This document shows, piece after piece, positions 29,503 to 37,622 of a stretch of DNA of 64,000 nt. Source of the DNA: Sphingomonas sp. GTDB lineage: Bacteria; Pseudomonadota; Alphaproteobacteria; Sphingomonadales; Sphingomonadaceae. The stretch covers positions 45,802 to 109,801 of the forward strand of contig CBDFLB010000002.1 of assembly GCA_965249015.1 (NCBI GenBank). Reading direction: 5' to 3'. A program made the position numbers and the translations under genes. Every line of letters begins with the position of its first letter. The first letter of the stretch is position 1. The notes under the pieces are model-generated. The model ran no database searches and was not told the origin of the DNA. It saw only the letters and a list, made by a program, of their open reading frames with translations.

Positions 29503-30015
29503 ATGCCAAACGCACTCTCCGGCTTCGGCCTATTAAACTTCATTCCGGCCCGTGATTTTCCGCTGCCGTTCCCTTCGATGCCGCGGTCGGTCGATGACCT
29601 GCTTGGGCGCGGGCTTTCGGCACTCGAACAAGCCGTAATCTCGCGCACGCTCGATGGGCTGGCGGGGTTGGCCAAAAGCGCAGGCAACGGAATTGCCGAT
29701 CTGGCCGACAAAGTGCGTGATCAGCTTGCAGCCCTGCCAAACAGCGCAGCAAGTGCATTAGCCGATTCTATGCGTGGACCGAACTCGCGCACGTTGACGG
29801 CAGGTGAGACGACTGCGCTACGTAACGCCTTTGCAAACAGTATAGACCTGAACAATGTGCGGATTGTCGATGGGCCCGGCCGCAATCCGGACGCGTGGAT
29901 TGCCTTCAACATCGGCGGCAATCCCGCGATTACCGAAGGCAATACAGTGTATGTTCGGTCCGAAAATTACGTGAAGGACTTGTCCTTGACGCCGCGTGGC
30001 TGCGATGGCTGGTGA
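29503..30015 (+). CDS. Orphan hypothetical protein (no signal peptide)
   Basis: ATG 29503 has GGAG 7 nt upstream. 170 aa, in a region of visibly lower G+C. The segment LTAGETTALRNAFANSIDLNNVRIVDG...AITEGNTVYV is vaguely reminiscent of DUF4157-type domains, but no HExxH follows. Confidence 0.5.
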   Translation: MPNALSGFGLLNFIPARDFPLPFPSMPRSVDDLLGRGLSALEQAVISRTLDGLAGLAKSAGNGIADLADKVRDQLAALPNSAASALADSMRGPNSRTLTAGETTALRNAFANSIDLNNVRIVDGPGRNPDAWIAFNIGGNPAITEGNTVYVRSENYVKDLSLTPRGCDGW

Positions 30016-30137
30016 TTATGCTGGTTATAAGGCGGGCCAAAGCGGCCCGGTGGCGATGACGCCGGCACAACCTTCCAATGTCGAAAGCCGCCTCAGGGGG
30101 ACTGGCCTATTCGGGCTCTAGCGGTAGGTTACCGAAA

Positions 30138-30524
30138 ATGCAGCTCCGAACTTTCTGTATCACGCCTTGCTTTATCGGTCTTCTTGGTCTGCTCGCTTCA
30201 TGCCAGCTGGATGCGACAATCACGATTGTCGGCACCGGAACCAAGCCTGAGTTCATTGTTGATGCAAGCGGCGGCACGACTTGCATAGATCGGCTGCTGG
30301 TTCATCCCGTTAATGCTAAACAGCGGAACCCGCGATCGTCATGGGGGATTGGCCGGATTTTTGGTCGTGGCGATGCAGATTGCCGTAGCCGCGTTACTTA
30401 TGGGCAAATGCTGCCCGGTTATGAAACCGATATGCCACCGCAGGCACTCATAGCAGGGGAACGTTACCGCGTTGAAGCGCATGGCGGTGGCTGGACCGTC
30501 GCGAAAGAATGGACGCCGGAATAA
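30138..30524 (+). CDS. Orphan lipoprotein
   Basis: MQLRTFCITPCFIGLLGLLASC is a signal peptide ending in a lipobox (LASC). 128 aa. G+C is low: I counted 30/60 for 30121-30180. Confidence 0.55.
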   Translation: MQLRTFCITPCFIGLLGLLASCQLDATITIVGTGTKPEFIVDASGGTTCIDRLLVHPVNAKQRNPRSSWGIGRIFGRGDADCRSRVTYGQMLPGYETDMPPQALIAGERYRVEAHGGGWTVAKEWTPE

Positions 30525-30590
30525 CGATTGCAGTCTCTCGCGTATGAAATGATTATCATTTTACGAGATCGGGAAGGCAGGGTGTCTGAT

Positions 30591-30620
30591 CGAAAGAACC
30601 CGGTCGCTTTCGCCACCGGG
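30591..30620. terminator. Bidirectional intrinsic terminator between the lipoprotein gene and rplI
   Basis: CCCGGT (30599-30604) pairs with ACCGGG (30615-30620). It is followed on the plus strand by CCTTTGATTTCTTT and on the minus strand by TTCTTTCG. It lies about 30 nt past the rplI stop. Confidence 0.5.
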
Positions 30621-30649
30621 CCTTTGATTTCTTTACAATCAAAAATAAT

Positions 30650-31249
30650 TCAGCCTTCGGTCGGGGCTTCGGCAGCCACCGGCGCGTCGACCGCGATTTC
30701 GCCCGGTTCCGCATTCGGATTATAGGCTTCGGTAAACCCGGCCTCGTCCTTTTCGAACATCGATGCCATCACGTCGACACCCTGCGACTGAAGGTCGGCT
30801 TCCTCGGGGCTGCGCGCGACGTTGACCTTGACGGTCACCGCGACCTCGGGGTGCAGTTGCACCTTGACGTCGTAAAGGCCAATCGCCTTGATAGGCTTGT
30901 CGAGCACGATCTGGTTCTTGGCGATCCTGGCACCTTCGCTTTCAAGCGCTTCGATGATGTCGCGCGCCGCAACCGAACCATAAAGCTGGCCGGTATTCGA
31001 GGCCTGACGGATCAGAGTCACCGACTTGCCGTCGACATCCTTCGCCGCGGTCTCGGCGTCGCCCTTGCGGTTTTCGTTGTCGGCAACGATCTTTGCCTTG
31101 TTCGCTTCGAACAGCTTGAGGTTCGCCGCGTTCGAACGAAGCGCCTTCTTATTCGGCAACAGGAAATTGCGCGCAAAGCCGTTCTTCACGGTGACGACGT
31201 CGCCGATGTGGCCGAGCTTTTCGACGCGTTCGAGCAGGATCACTTCCAT
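30650..31249 (-). CDS. rplI: 50S ribosomal protein L9
   Basis: MEVILLERVEKLGHIGDVVTVKNGFARNFLLP is the canonical L9 N-terminus. It has an extended acidic C-terminal tail. Confidence 0.95.
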   Translation of the reverse strand: MEVILLERVEKLGHIGDVVTVKNGFARNFLLPNKKALRSNAANLKLFEANKAKIVADNENRKGDAETAAKDVDGKSVTLIRQASNTGQLYGSVAARDIIEALESEGARIAKNQIVLDKPIKAIGLYDVKVQLHPEVAVTVKVNVARSPEEADLQSQGVDVMASMFEKDEAGFTEAYNPNAEPGEIAVDAPVAAEAPTEG

Positions 31250-31261
31250 GTCAGTCGATCC

Positions 31262-31486
31262 TTATTTCACGATATAGGGGAGGAGGCCGATGTGCCGCGC
31301 GCGCTTGATCGCCTGGGCGAGTTCGCGCTGCTTGGGGGCACTGACGGCGGTGATGCGGCTGGGCACGATCTTGCCGCGTTCCGAGACGAAGCCCTGGAGC
31401 AGGCGGACATCCTTGTAATCGATCGTCGGCGCGTCCTTCGTGGCGAAGGGGCAGCTTTTGCGGCGGCGGAAAAATGGGCGGGCCAT
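31262..31486 (-). CDS. rpsR: 30S ribosomal protein S18
   Basis: 74 aa. [14 protein letters not shown]...[25 protein letters not shown]. Confidence 0.95.
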   Translation of the reverse strand: MARPFFRRRKSCPFATKDAPTIDYKDVRLLQGFVSERGKIVPSRITAVSAPKQRELAQAIKRARHIGLLPYIVK

Positions 31487-31498
31487 ATCAGATTATCC

Positions 31499-31885
31499 TT
31501 AGAATTCGCGGTCGTCGCGGCGCGGGCGCTCGCCACGCTCCGAACGTTCGCGGTCGCGGGTCTCGTTACGGCGCATCATCGCCGAGGGGCCGGCTTCGTG
31601 CGCATCGACGCGCAGGCTCATGTAGCGGATCACGTCTTCGTTGATCTGCGTCTGGCGCTCGAGCTCCATGACCACGTCGGTCGGCGCGTCGAACTCGAGC
31701 ATCACATAATGCGCCTTGCGGTTCTTGGCGATGCGATAGGCGAGGCTGCGAAGGCCCCAGGTTTCGGTCTTGACGACCTTGCCGCCGCCCGCTTCGATGA
31801 TCTTGGTTGCGGTTTCTGCAAGGGCATCGACCTGGGCCTGGGCCAGATCCTGACGCGCGAGAAATACATGCTCGTACAGAGCCAT
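31499..31885 (-). CDS. rpsF: 30S ribosomal protein S6
   Basis: [14 protein letters not shown]... is the canonical S6 start (ATG 31885). The listed ORF starts 18 nt upstream. Confidence 0.93.
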   Translation of the reverse strand: MALYEHVFLARQDLAQAQVDALAETATKIIEAGGGKVVKTETWGLRSLAYRIAKNRKAHYVMLEFDAPTDVVMELERQTQINEDVIRYMSLRVDAHEAGPSAMMRRNETRDRERSERGERPRRDDREF

Positions 31886-31994
31886 GCCTTGTCTTCCTTC
31901 CATGCCGATCGCTGACGTGGCACCGTGCCAACGCCCCTCCGGCTTTCTGCGAAGGCGGGCCTATGGCGGATCGGCCCGTAAATAGCAAGCGCGC

Positions 31995-32732
31995 TCAGGG
32001 CTTGCGACCGAATCCCGGGATCAGCATGCCGACGCGGCGGCTATAGTCATGATATTGATCGCCGAACAGGCCGATCAGATCGCGTTCCTCATATCCGATG
32101 GCGACGACGATATACGCGGTCATGCCGATGGCGAGAACGAGGTGCCCGACGGTCATCACCGGCGTCGCCCAGAAGGCGAGGACGAAGCCGAGGTAAAGCG
32201 GGTGCCTGACCATGCGGTAGAGCATCGGCGTATGGAATTTGGGGGCGGCGGGTTCGTGCCCGCGCAGGTTGTGCCACGCCTGCTGAAGCCCGAACAGTTC
32301 GAAATGGTTGATGAGGAACGTGCTCAGCAGCACGACACCCCAGCCGAGTGCGAAGACTGCCCACAGGATGAACGCGATGGGCGGGCCGACCGACCACAAG
32401 ACCGCCGGTACCGGCGCCCAGAGCATCACGAAAACAATCAATGTCACACTCGACGCAAGGACATAGACGCTGCGCTCGGCGGTTGCGGGCACGATGCGCG
32501 TCCACGCGCGCTTGAACCCCTGCCGCGCCATCACGCTGTGCTGCACGCCGAACATCGCGATCAGCGCAAGATCGACGGCGACAGCGGCCCCCGTCGCCAG
32601 TGCGGGGCCACCGCGGTCCACCGTCGTCCCGACGAACGGAAAATCGCCGACAAACCCGACCAGGTAAAGAAACGTCGCGAAGAAGATCGCGTAGGCGACA
32701 AGAGCGAAAAGAATATGGACGATACGGCTCAT
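31995..32732 (-). CDS. Membrane methyltransferase of the ICMT/PEMT superfamily, MddA-like (methanethiol S-methyltransferase candidate)
   Basis: Starts at MSRIVHILFALVAYAIFFATFLYLVGFVGDF (ATG 32732). It has multiple TM helices. The C-terminal RHPLYLGFVLAFW...GYEERDL...FGDQYHDYSRRVGMLIP is typical of this superfamily. The listed ORF from 32948 is an extension. Confidence 0.6.
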   Translation of the reverse strand: MSRIVHILFALVAYAIFFATFLYLVGFVGDFPFVGTTVDRGGPALATGAAVAVDLALIAMFGVQHSVMARQGFKRAWTRIVPATAERSVYVLASSVTLIVFVMLWAPVPAVLWSVGPPIAFILWAVFALGWGVVLLSTFLINHFELFGLQQAWHNLRGHEPAAPKFHTPMLYRMVRHPLYLGFVLAFWATPVMTVGHLVLAIGMTAYIVVAIGYEERDLIGLFGDQYHDYSRRVGMLIPGFGRKP

Positions 32733-32932
32733 TGCCGGTCTCCCGTTGCAAAAATAACCACGCACAACGCCGACGTTTCGCCGCCGGCGGCATTTTAACC
32801 TTGCGGCGCGCGCTCGACCGGCGACCCGGGAGCTTCGGCGCGGCATAGACCGGCGAATGGCCGTTGTACAGACACGGTGGCTTGCACGCGCGGCGATCTG
32901 TGCCGTAGGTGCGTCGCTTTCCGAACGAGGAC

Positions 32933-33874
32933 ATGCCGTTGCGCGCATTTATTTTTCCGGGACAGGGCAGTCAGGCGGTCGGCATGGGTGCTGCGCTTGG
33001 CGATGCCAGCCCGGCGGCACGCGAGGTCTTCGGCGAGGTCGACGACGCGCTGGGTCAGGCGCTATTCCGGATTATGCGCGACGGCCCCGAAGACGTGCTG
33101 ACGCTGACCGAAAATGCACAGCCCGCGATCATGGCGAACGCGATTGCGACGCTACGCGTGCTCGAACGCGAAGGCGGCGTTCGCCTGCCCGCGAAAGCCG
33201 CCTTCGTCGCTGGCCATTCGCTTGGCGAATATTCGGCGTTGTGTGCTGCCGGGGCAATCGACCTGACCACGACGGCGCGGCTGCTGAAAACGCGGGGACA
33301 GGCGATGCAGGCCGCCGTGCCGGTGGGCGCGGGGGCGATGGCGGTTATCCTGGGGCTCGACTTCGATGCCGTTGCCGACCTCGCCGCCGAGGCTGCGCAG
33401 GGCGAAGTCTGTACCGCAGCCAACGACAACGGCGGCGGGCAGGTGGTGATTTCAGGCCATGCGGCCGCGGTGGAGCGCGCCATCGCGCTGGCGAAGGATC
33501 GCGGGGCGAAGCGCGCGCTGCCGCTTGCAGTGTCTGCGCCGTTTCACTGCGCGCTGATGGCGCCCGCGGCTGACGTTATGCGTGATGCTCTGGCGGCCGC
33601 GCGCGTCCAGGCACCACTGGTTCCGCTTTTCGCCAACGTCACGGCATCGTCCGTCGCCGATCCCGACATGATCCGCGTGCTGCTGGTCGACCAGGTCACG
33701 GGCATGGTACGCTGGCGCGAAAGCGTGCTCGCGATGGTCGACGCAGGCGTCACGACCTTCGTCGAATTCGGTGGCAAGGTGTTGGGGCCCATGATCAAGC
33801 GGATCGCCCCCGACGCGACGACACGACCCGTGATGAGCATGGACGATGTCGAAGCTTTGCTGAAGGATCTGTGA
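32933..33874 (+). CDS. fabD: Malonyl-CoA:ACP transacylase
   Basis: FIFPGQGSQAVGMG and the GHSLGEYSAL active-site motif. Start at ATG 32933. Confidence 0.93.
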   Translation: MPLRAFIFPGQGSQAVGMGAALGDASPAAREVFGEVDDALGQALFRIMRDGPEDVLTLTENAQPAIMANAIATLRVLEREGGVRLPAKAAFVAGHSLGEYSALCAAGAIDLTTTARLLKTRGQAMQAAVPVGAGAMAVILGLDFDAVADLAAEAAQGEVCTAANDNGGGQVVISGHAAAVERAIALAKDRGAKRALPLAVSAPFHCALMAPAADVMRDALAAARVQAPLVPLFANVTASSVADPDMIRVLLVDQVTGMVRWRESVLAMVDAGVTTFVEFGGKVLGPMIKRIAPDATTRPVMSMDDVEALLKDL

Positions 33875-34611
33875 TGTTCGACCTTACAGGGATGACGGCG
33901 CTCGTGACCGGTGCGTCGGGCGCGATCGGTGCCGCAGTGTCAAAGGCGCTGGCGGCGCAAGGCGCGACGATCGCGCTGTCGGGAACGCGCGAGGATGCGC
34001 TGCGCGCCGTTGCCGATCTTGTCCCGGGCGCGATTGTCGTGCCGTGCGACCTGTCCGACGGAGCGGCAGTCGATCGGCTCGTGCCAGATGCTCTGGCCGC
34101 GCTCGGCGGACGCCTCGATATCCTTGTCAACAATGCGGGCGTCACGCGCGACAACCTCGTCATGCGGATGAAGGACGAGGAGTGGGATCAGGTCATCGGC
34201 GTCAATCTCGAGGCCGCGTTCCGGCTGGTCCGCGCCGCCGCCAAGCCGATGATGAAAGCGCGGTTCGGCCGCATCATATCGGTCACCAGTGTCGTCGCCA
34301 CGACCGGAAATCCGGGGCAGGCGAATTACGCCGCGTCGAAAGGCGGGCTTACGGCGATGTCGAAGGCGCTGGCGCAGGAACTGGCAAGCCGCAACATCAC
34401 GGTGAATTGCATTGCGCCGGGGTTCATCACGTCGGCCATGACCGATGCGTTGCCCGAGGCGCAGAAAGAGGCGCTGATCACGCGGATCCCTGCCGGAAAA
34501 TTAGGCGAGGGTGCCGACGTCGCGGCCGCGGTCGTCTATCTGGCGAGCCGCGAGGCGGCGTATGTCACCGGCCAGACGATCCACGTCAATGGCGGCATGG
34601 CAATGATCTGA
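33871..34611 (+). CDS. fabG: 3-oxoacyl-ACP reductase
   Basis: SDR motifs TGASGAIG, NNAG and YAASKGG, and C-terminal HVNGGMAMI. Its start overlaps the fabD stop by 4 nt. Confidence 0.93.
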   Translation: MMFDLTGMTALVTGASGAIGAAVSKALAAQGATIALSGTREDALRAVADLVPGAIVVPCDLSDGAAVDRLVPDALAALGGRLDILVNNAGVTRDNLVMRMKDEEWDQVIGVNLEAAFRLVRAAAKPMMKARFGRIISVTSVVATTGNPGQANYAASKGGLTAMSKALAQELASRNITVNCIAPGFITSAMTDALPEAQKEALITRIPAGKLGEGADVAAAVVYLASREAAYVTGQTIHVNGGMAMI

Positions 34612-34685
34612 CGTCCCGGAACGGCACGACGGTTAACCCCGATTGCAAATGGTCGAAATGGTCAACGGCGCGTTAACGTCTGGTC

Positions 34686-34856
34686 ATGAAAAGACCGCTC
34701 GTACTGACCGATGAAGCCGCCCGGCATCGCTTCCGCAGCCTGCTTCCGCCCGAAACGCTGACCCCGCTGGTGCAGGAACTGCCGATGGCGGACGGCAAAT
34801 TCTTTCTGCTCAGTTTCACTGCGGCGTTTCTCGCCTTTTATGGCTATCTGTCGTGA
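34686..34856 (+). CDS. Small hypothetical membrane-anchored protein (56 aa), not in the supplied ORF track
   Basis: MKRPLVLTDEAARHRFRSLLPPETLTPLVQELPMADGKFFLLSFTAAFLAFYGYLS, with a C-terminal hydrophobic helix. It sits just upstream of the ECF sigma gene. Confidence 0.35.
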   Translation: MKRPLVLTDEAARHRFRSLLPPETLTPLVQELPMADGKFFLLSFTAAFLAFYGYLS

Positions 34857-34913
34857 CGCGAAGGACTTCGGCGCCCTGAGCGTTTACGAACCGAACGATC
34901 GAGGGGCTCCGGC

Positions 34914-35495
34914 TTGGCAAGTGCAGTGTCTGCGGAGCTCGACGAAGGTGAGTCCGTTGACGACGCGCTGATGACGCGCGTTCAGCGCCGCGATGCCGCA
35001 GCGTTCCGGACGATCGTCGAAGCGCATGCGCTGCGCCTGCACCGGGCCGCGGCGCGGATGATCGGCGACGCGGTCGAGGCCGAGGACCTGGCGCAGGAGG
35101 CGCTGACGAGGCTGTGGCAGCACGCCGCACGTTGGCGCGCCGGTGGTCCCGGCATCGCCGCATGGCTGACGCGCGTCACGATGAACCTTTGCCTCGACCG
35201 GCTGCGGCGGCGACGGTTCACCAGTGACGACAGCGCTCCCGAACGTGTCGACGAACAACCGCTCGCGCCCGCGCTGATCGAAGCTGCGGATGATCGCCGA
35301 CGAGTCGTGGCCGCGGTCGCGGCGTTGTCGGATAACCAGCGGGCGGCGATCGTCCTGACCTACTATGAGGATATGTCCAATGCCGCGGCTGCAGAGACGA
35401 TGGACATGAATATCAAGGCGTTCGAATCGCTGCTGCTGCGTGCCCGCGGCGCATTGAAGCGTGTCTTGGCGATCGACGAAGAGGATGAGACATGA
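34914..35495 (+). CDS. ECF-type RNA polymerase sigma-70 family factor
   Basis: Region 2 (FRTIVEAHALRLHRAAARMIGDAVEAEDLAQEALTRLW) and region 4 (LSDNQRAAIVLTYYEDMSNAAAAETMDMNIKAFESLLLRARGAL). TTG 34914 has GAGGGG upstream; ATG 34971 is an alternative start. Confidence 0.85.
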   Translation: MASAVSAELDEGESVDDALMTRVQRRDAAAFRTIVEAHALRLHRAAARMIGDAVEAEDLAQEALTRLWQHAARWRAGGPGIAAWLTRVTMNLCLDRLRRRRFTSDDSAPERVDEQPLAPALIEAADDRRRVVAAVAALSDNQRAAIVLTYYEDMSNAAAAETMDMNIKAFESLLLRARGALKRVLAIDEEDET

Positions 35496-36259
35496 GCCGC
35501 AGTACATATTCGCCCGGATTGCGAGCGGCGCTCGACCGGTTCGAAGTCGGCAGTGCGCGCGACGGCTTTGCCGACAGGATCATGCGTGCGGTTGCGCCCG
35601 TACCCCGCCTGAGCGCGCGCGACCGGCGCGGCGGTTGGCGACTGGCACGACGCGCTCTTTTCGCGACGGTCGCCGCAGGTCTTGTCAGCGCAGCGGCAGT
35701 GGCGTCGGGGCTGCTCGGCGCGGCAGGCATCCGCGTCCCTGTTTTGACGGCGATGCTTGCTCCGGCACCCAGTGCGCGCCCGGCAACCGGGTCGCATCCG
35801 GTTACGTTGCGTGCTGCTGCGGCACCCAAAGCACGGCATTCGAAAGCCGCGACCATGCCTGGCGCCGTTGTCGACCCCGCGACCCCCGCGCCTGTCGTGC
35901 CGCTTCGTCCGCCATTCGCCGACGTGACGGCAAGGCGCGCCGAACGCCGCGCCTTCCTCGATGCACACCCCGAGCTACGCCCGGTGCTTCGGCAGGCGAT
36001 ACGACGCGAGCGAGCCTTCGTTCGTGAATATCCTGAGGTGCGCGCGCTACGTCGTCTTCCGCCCGCCGACCGACGCGCATTTCTTGCCGATCGTCCGGAC
36101 CTGCGCGCCGCCATGATCGCGCGTCGCGAAGAGCGGCGGGCGTTCCGCGCGGCGAATCCGGATGCAGCGGCGGCACTGCGCGACCGTTTTTTGTCGCGTC
36201 GTGCGGGGGTTGCACCTGTTGTCTCCGATGCGCCCGAAGCGGCGTCTGCCGATCAATGA
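35492..36259 (+). CDS. Putative anti-sigma factor: single TM helix, then a C-terminal domain of four tandem Arg-rich repeats
   Basis: ATGA overlap with the sigma gene. TM segment ALFATVAAGLVSAAAVASGLLGAAG. The C-terminus contains four copies of RRAF-x3-4-P(E/D)(L/V)R. Confidence 0.6.
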   Translation: MSRSTYSPGLRAALDRFEVGSARDGFADRIMRAVAPVPRLSARDRRGGWRLARRALFATVAAGLVSAAAVASGLLGAAGIRVPVLTAMLAPAPSARPATGSHPVTLRAAAAPKARHSKAATMPGAVVDPATPAPVVPLRPPFADVTARRAERRAFLDAHPELRPVLRQAIRRERAFVREYPEVRALRRLPPADRRAFLADRPDLRAAMIARREERRAFRAANPDAAAALRDRFLSRRAGVAPVVSDAPEAASADQ

Positions 36260-36262
36260 GTG

Positions 36263-37537
36263 TCAGTCGCACGCCTTGTGCAACAGCCAGGCAAGCCACG
36301 CCGAAACCAAACACATCGCCGCGATCAGCAAAAGAAGCGTGACCGAAGTGAAGCCAGCCGCTGTCAGCCCGAAGGCCAGCCCCGAGCCGACGACCATCGC
36401 GCCCGAGTTCACGATGTTGTTTGCCGCCACAGTCCGCGCGGTCTCATCCTTGGGTACAGTCGTCGTCAGAAATGCGTAGAGCGGTACGACAAAGCACCCC
36501 CCCGCGATCGCCACCCCCAGCAGCGCGACGATCATCGGCACCGCCAGCGGGTGCGCGAGGAAGCCGACAAGCGTCGTCAGTTCGGCGACGCCGTGCTTGT
36601 CCCAGCTGCGCGCCACGAAATGCAGCAGGAGCACGAACCCGGCCATGATGATGACCGAAGCGGGAGAGTAGCGTGCGGAAACCTCGCTTTTCAACAGGCG
36701 GTTTATCAGCACCGACCCGATCGCGATGCCGATCGAAAAGATCGCGATGAACATGCTTGCGACCTGTTCATTCGCGCCGAGCACATTCTTTACGAGCGGA
36801 GGAAACACGATGATGATGACCGCGCCGATCGTCCAGAAAAAGCTGATCGAAAGGATCGCGAGGAAGAGGCGGCGGATGTGCATTGTCGCGCTGACCAGCG
36901 CGATCGATGAGCGGATGATATGAAAATCGAGCGCCCGGCCCGCTGTTTCGGGCGGCGCCGGCGGGACCTTCCGGCCCGCGATCAGGCCCAGAACCGCGAA
37001 CGCGACGACGCTGAGCGCAGCGACACGCGCGTCGGTCGCGATGAAGCCTGCCGTAATCGTACCGAGCAGGATGGCGAGATAGGTTCCCGCCTCGACCAGA
37101 CCCGTACCGCCCAGCACTTCGTCGGGCGCGAGATGTTGCGGCAGGATCGCATATTTGATGGGTCCGAAGAACGTCGAATGAACCCCCATTGCGAAGATGC
37201 CGGCCAGCATCAGCGGGATGTTGGCGAGGATCAGGCCGATCCCGCCGACGACCATGATGGCGACTTCGGCGGTTTTCACGATACGGATGAGCTTGGCCTT
37301 GTCACGGTGATCGGCGAGCTGGCCGGCAAGCGCCGACAACAGGAAGAACGGCAGGATGAACAGCGCCTGCGCGATCGCGCTGAACTGCGCTTCCTTGGCG
37401 GCGTCCGAATAGACCTGATAAGTCGCAAACAGCACCACCGCCTGCTTGAACAGGTTGTCGTTGAAAGCACCGAGTGCCTGCGTGACGAAGAGCGGCAAGA
37501 ACCGGCGCGCCTTGAGCAAATGGGTCGTGTTCTGCAT
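36263..37537 (-). CDS. MFS transporter (LplT-like lysophospholipid transporter family)
   Basis: Starts at MQNTTHLLKARRFLPLFVTQALGAFNDNLFKQAVV (ATG 37537), with about 12 TM helices. The listed ORF from 37639 is an extension. Confidence 0.7.
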   Translation of the reverse strand: MQNTTHLLKARRFLPLFVTQALGAFNDNLFKQAVVLFATYQVYSDAAKEAQFSAIAQALFILPFFLLSALAGQLADHRDKAKLIRIVKTAEVAIMVVGGIGLILANIPLMLAGIFAMGVHSTFFGPIKYAILPQHLAPDEVLGGTGLVEAGTYLAILLGTITAGFIATDARVAALSVVAFAVLGLIAGRKVPPAPPETAGRALDFHIIRSSIALVSATMHIRRLFLAILSISFFWTIGAVIIIVFPPLVKNVLGANEQVASMFIAIFSIGIAIGSVLINRLLKSEVSARYSPASVIIMAGFVLLLHFVARSWDKHGVAELTTLVGFLAHPLAVPMIVALLGVAIAGGCFVVPLYAFLTTTVPKDETARTVAANNIVNSGAMVVGSGLAFGLTAAGFTSVTLLLLIAAMCLVSAWLAWLLHKACD

Positions 37538-37622
37538 CAAGGGCAGGGGGTGTCCGGCGGTTGCGTGTCGCCGGCGACATAGCCAGCTTTGCCTGCCGCG
37601 CCAAACGCTATAACGGGTGCCG

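Noticed and set aside
29503-30015. Naming the 170-aa orphan as a DUF4157 metallopeptidase-type toxin.
   Set aside because: Only a short stretch resembles the family, and the defining HExxH is absent from this ORF and from the other two forward frames in the ~60 nt I translated after the stop. I kept it as a hypothesis in the findings, not as an annotation.
30528-30725. Listed 65-aa plus-strand ORF between the lipoprotein gene and rplI.
   Set aside because: It overlaps the terminator hairpin and the 3' end of rplI on the opposite strand. It has no RBS and a low-complexity C-terminus.
31918-31930. A sigma-54 promoter suggested by TGGCAC.
   Set aside because: The required TTGC element 5 nt downstream is absent on either strand (the sequence reads TGGCACCGTGCCAACG). 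It is better explained as a palindrome in the rpsF leader.
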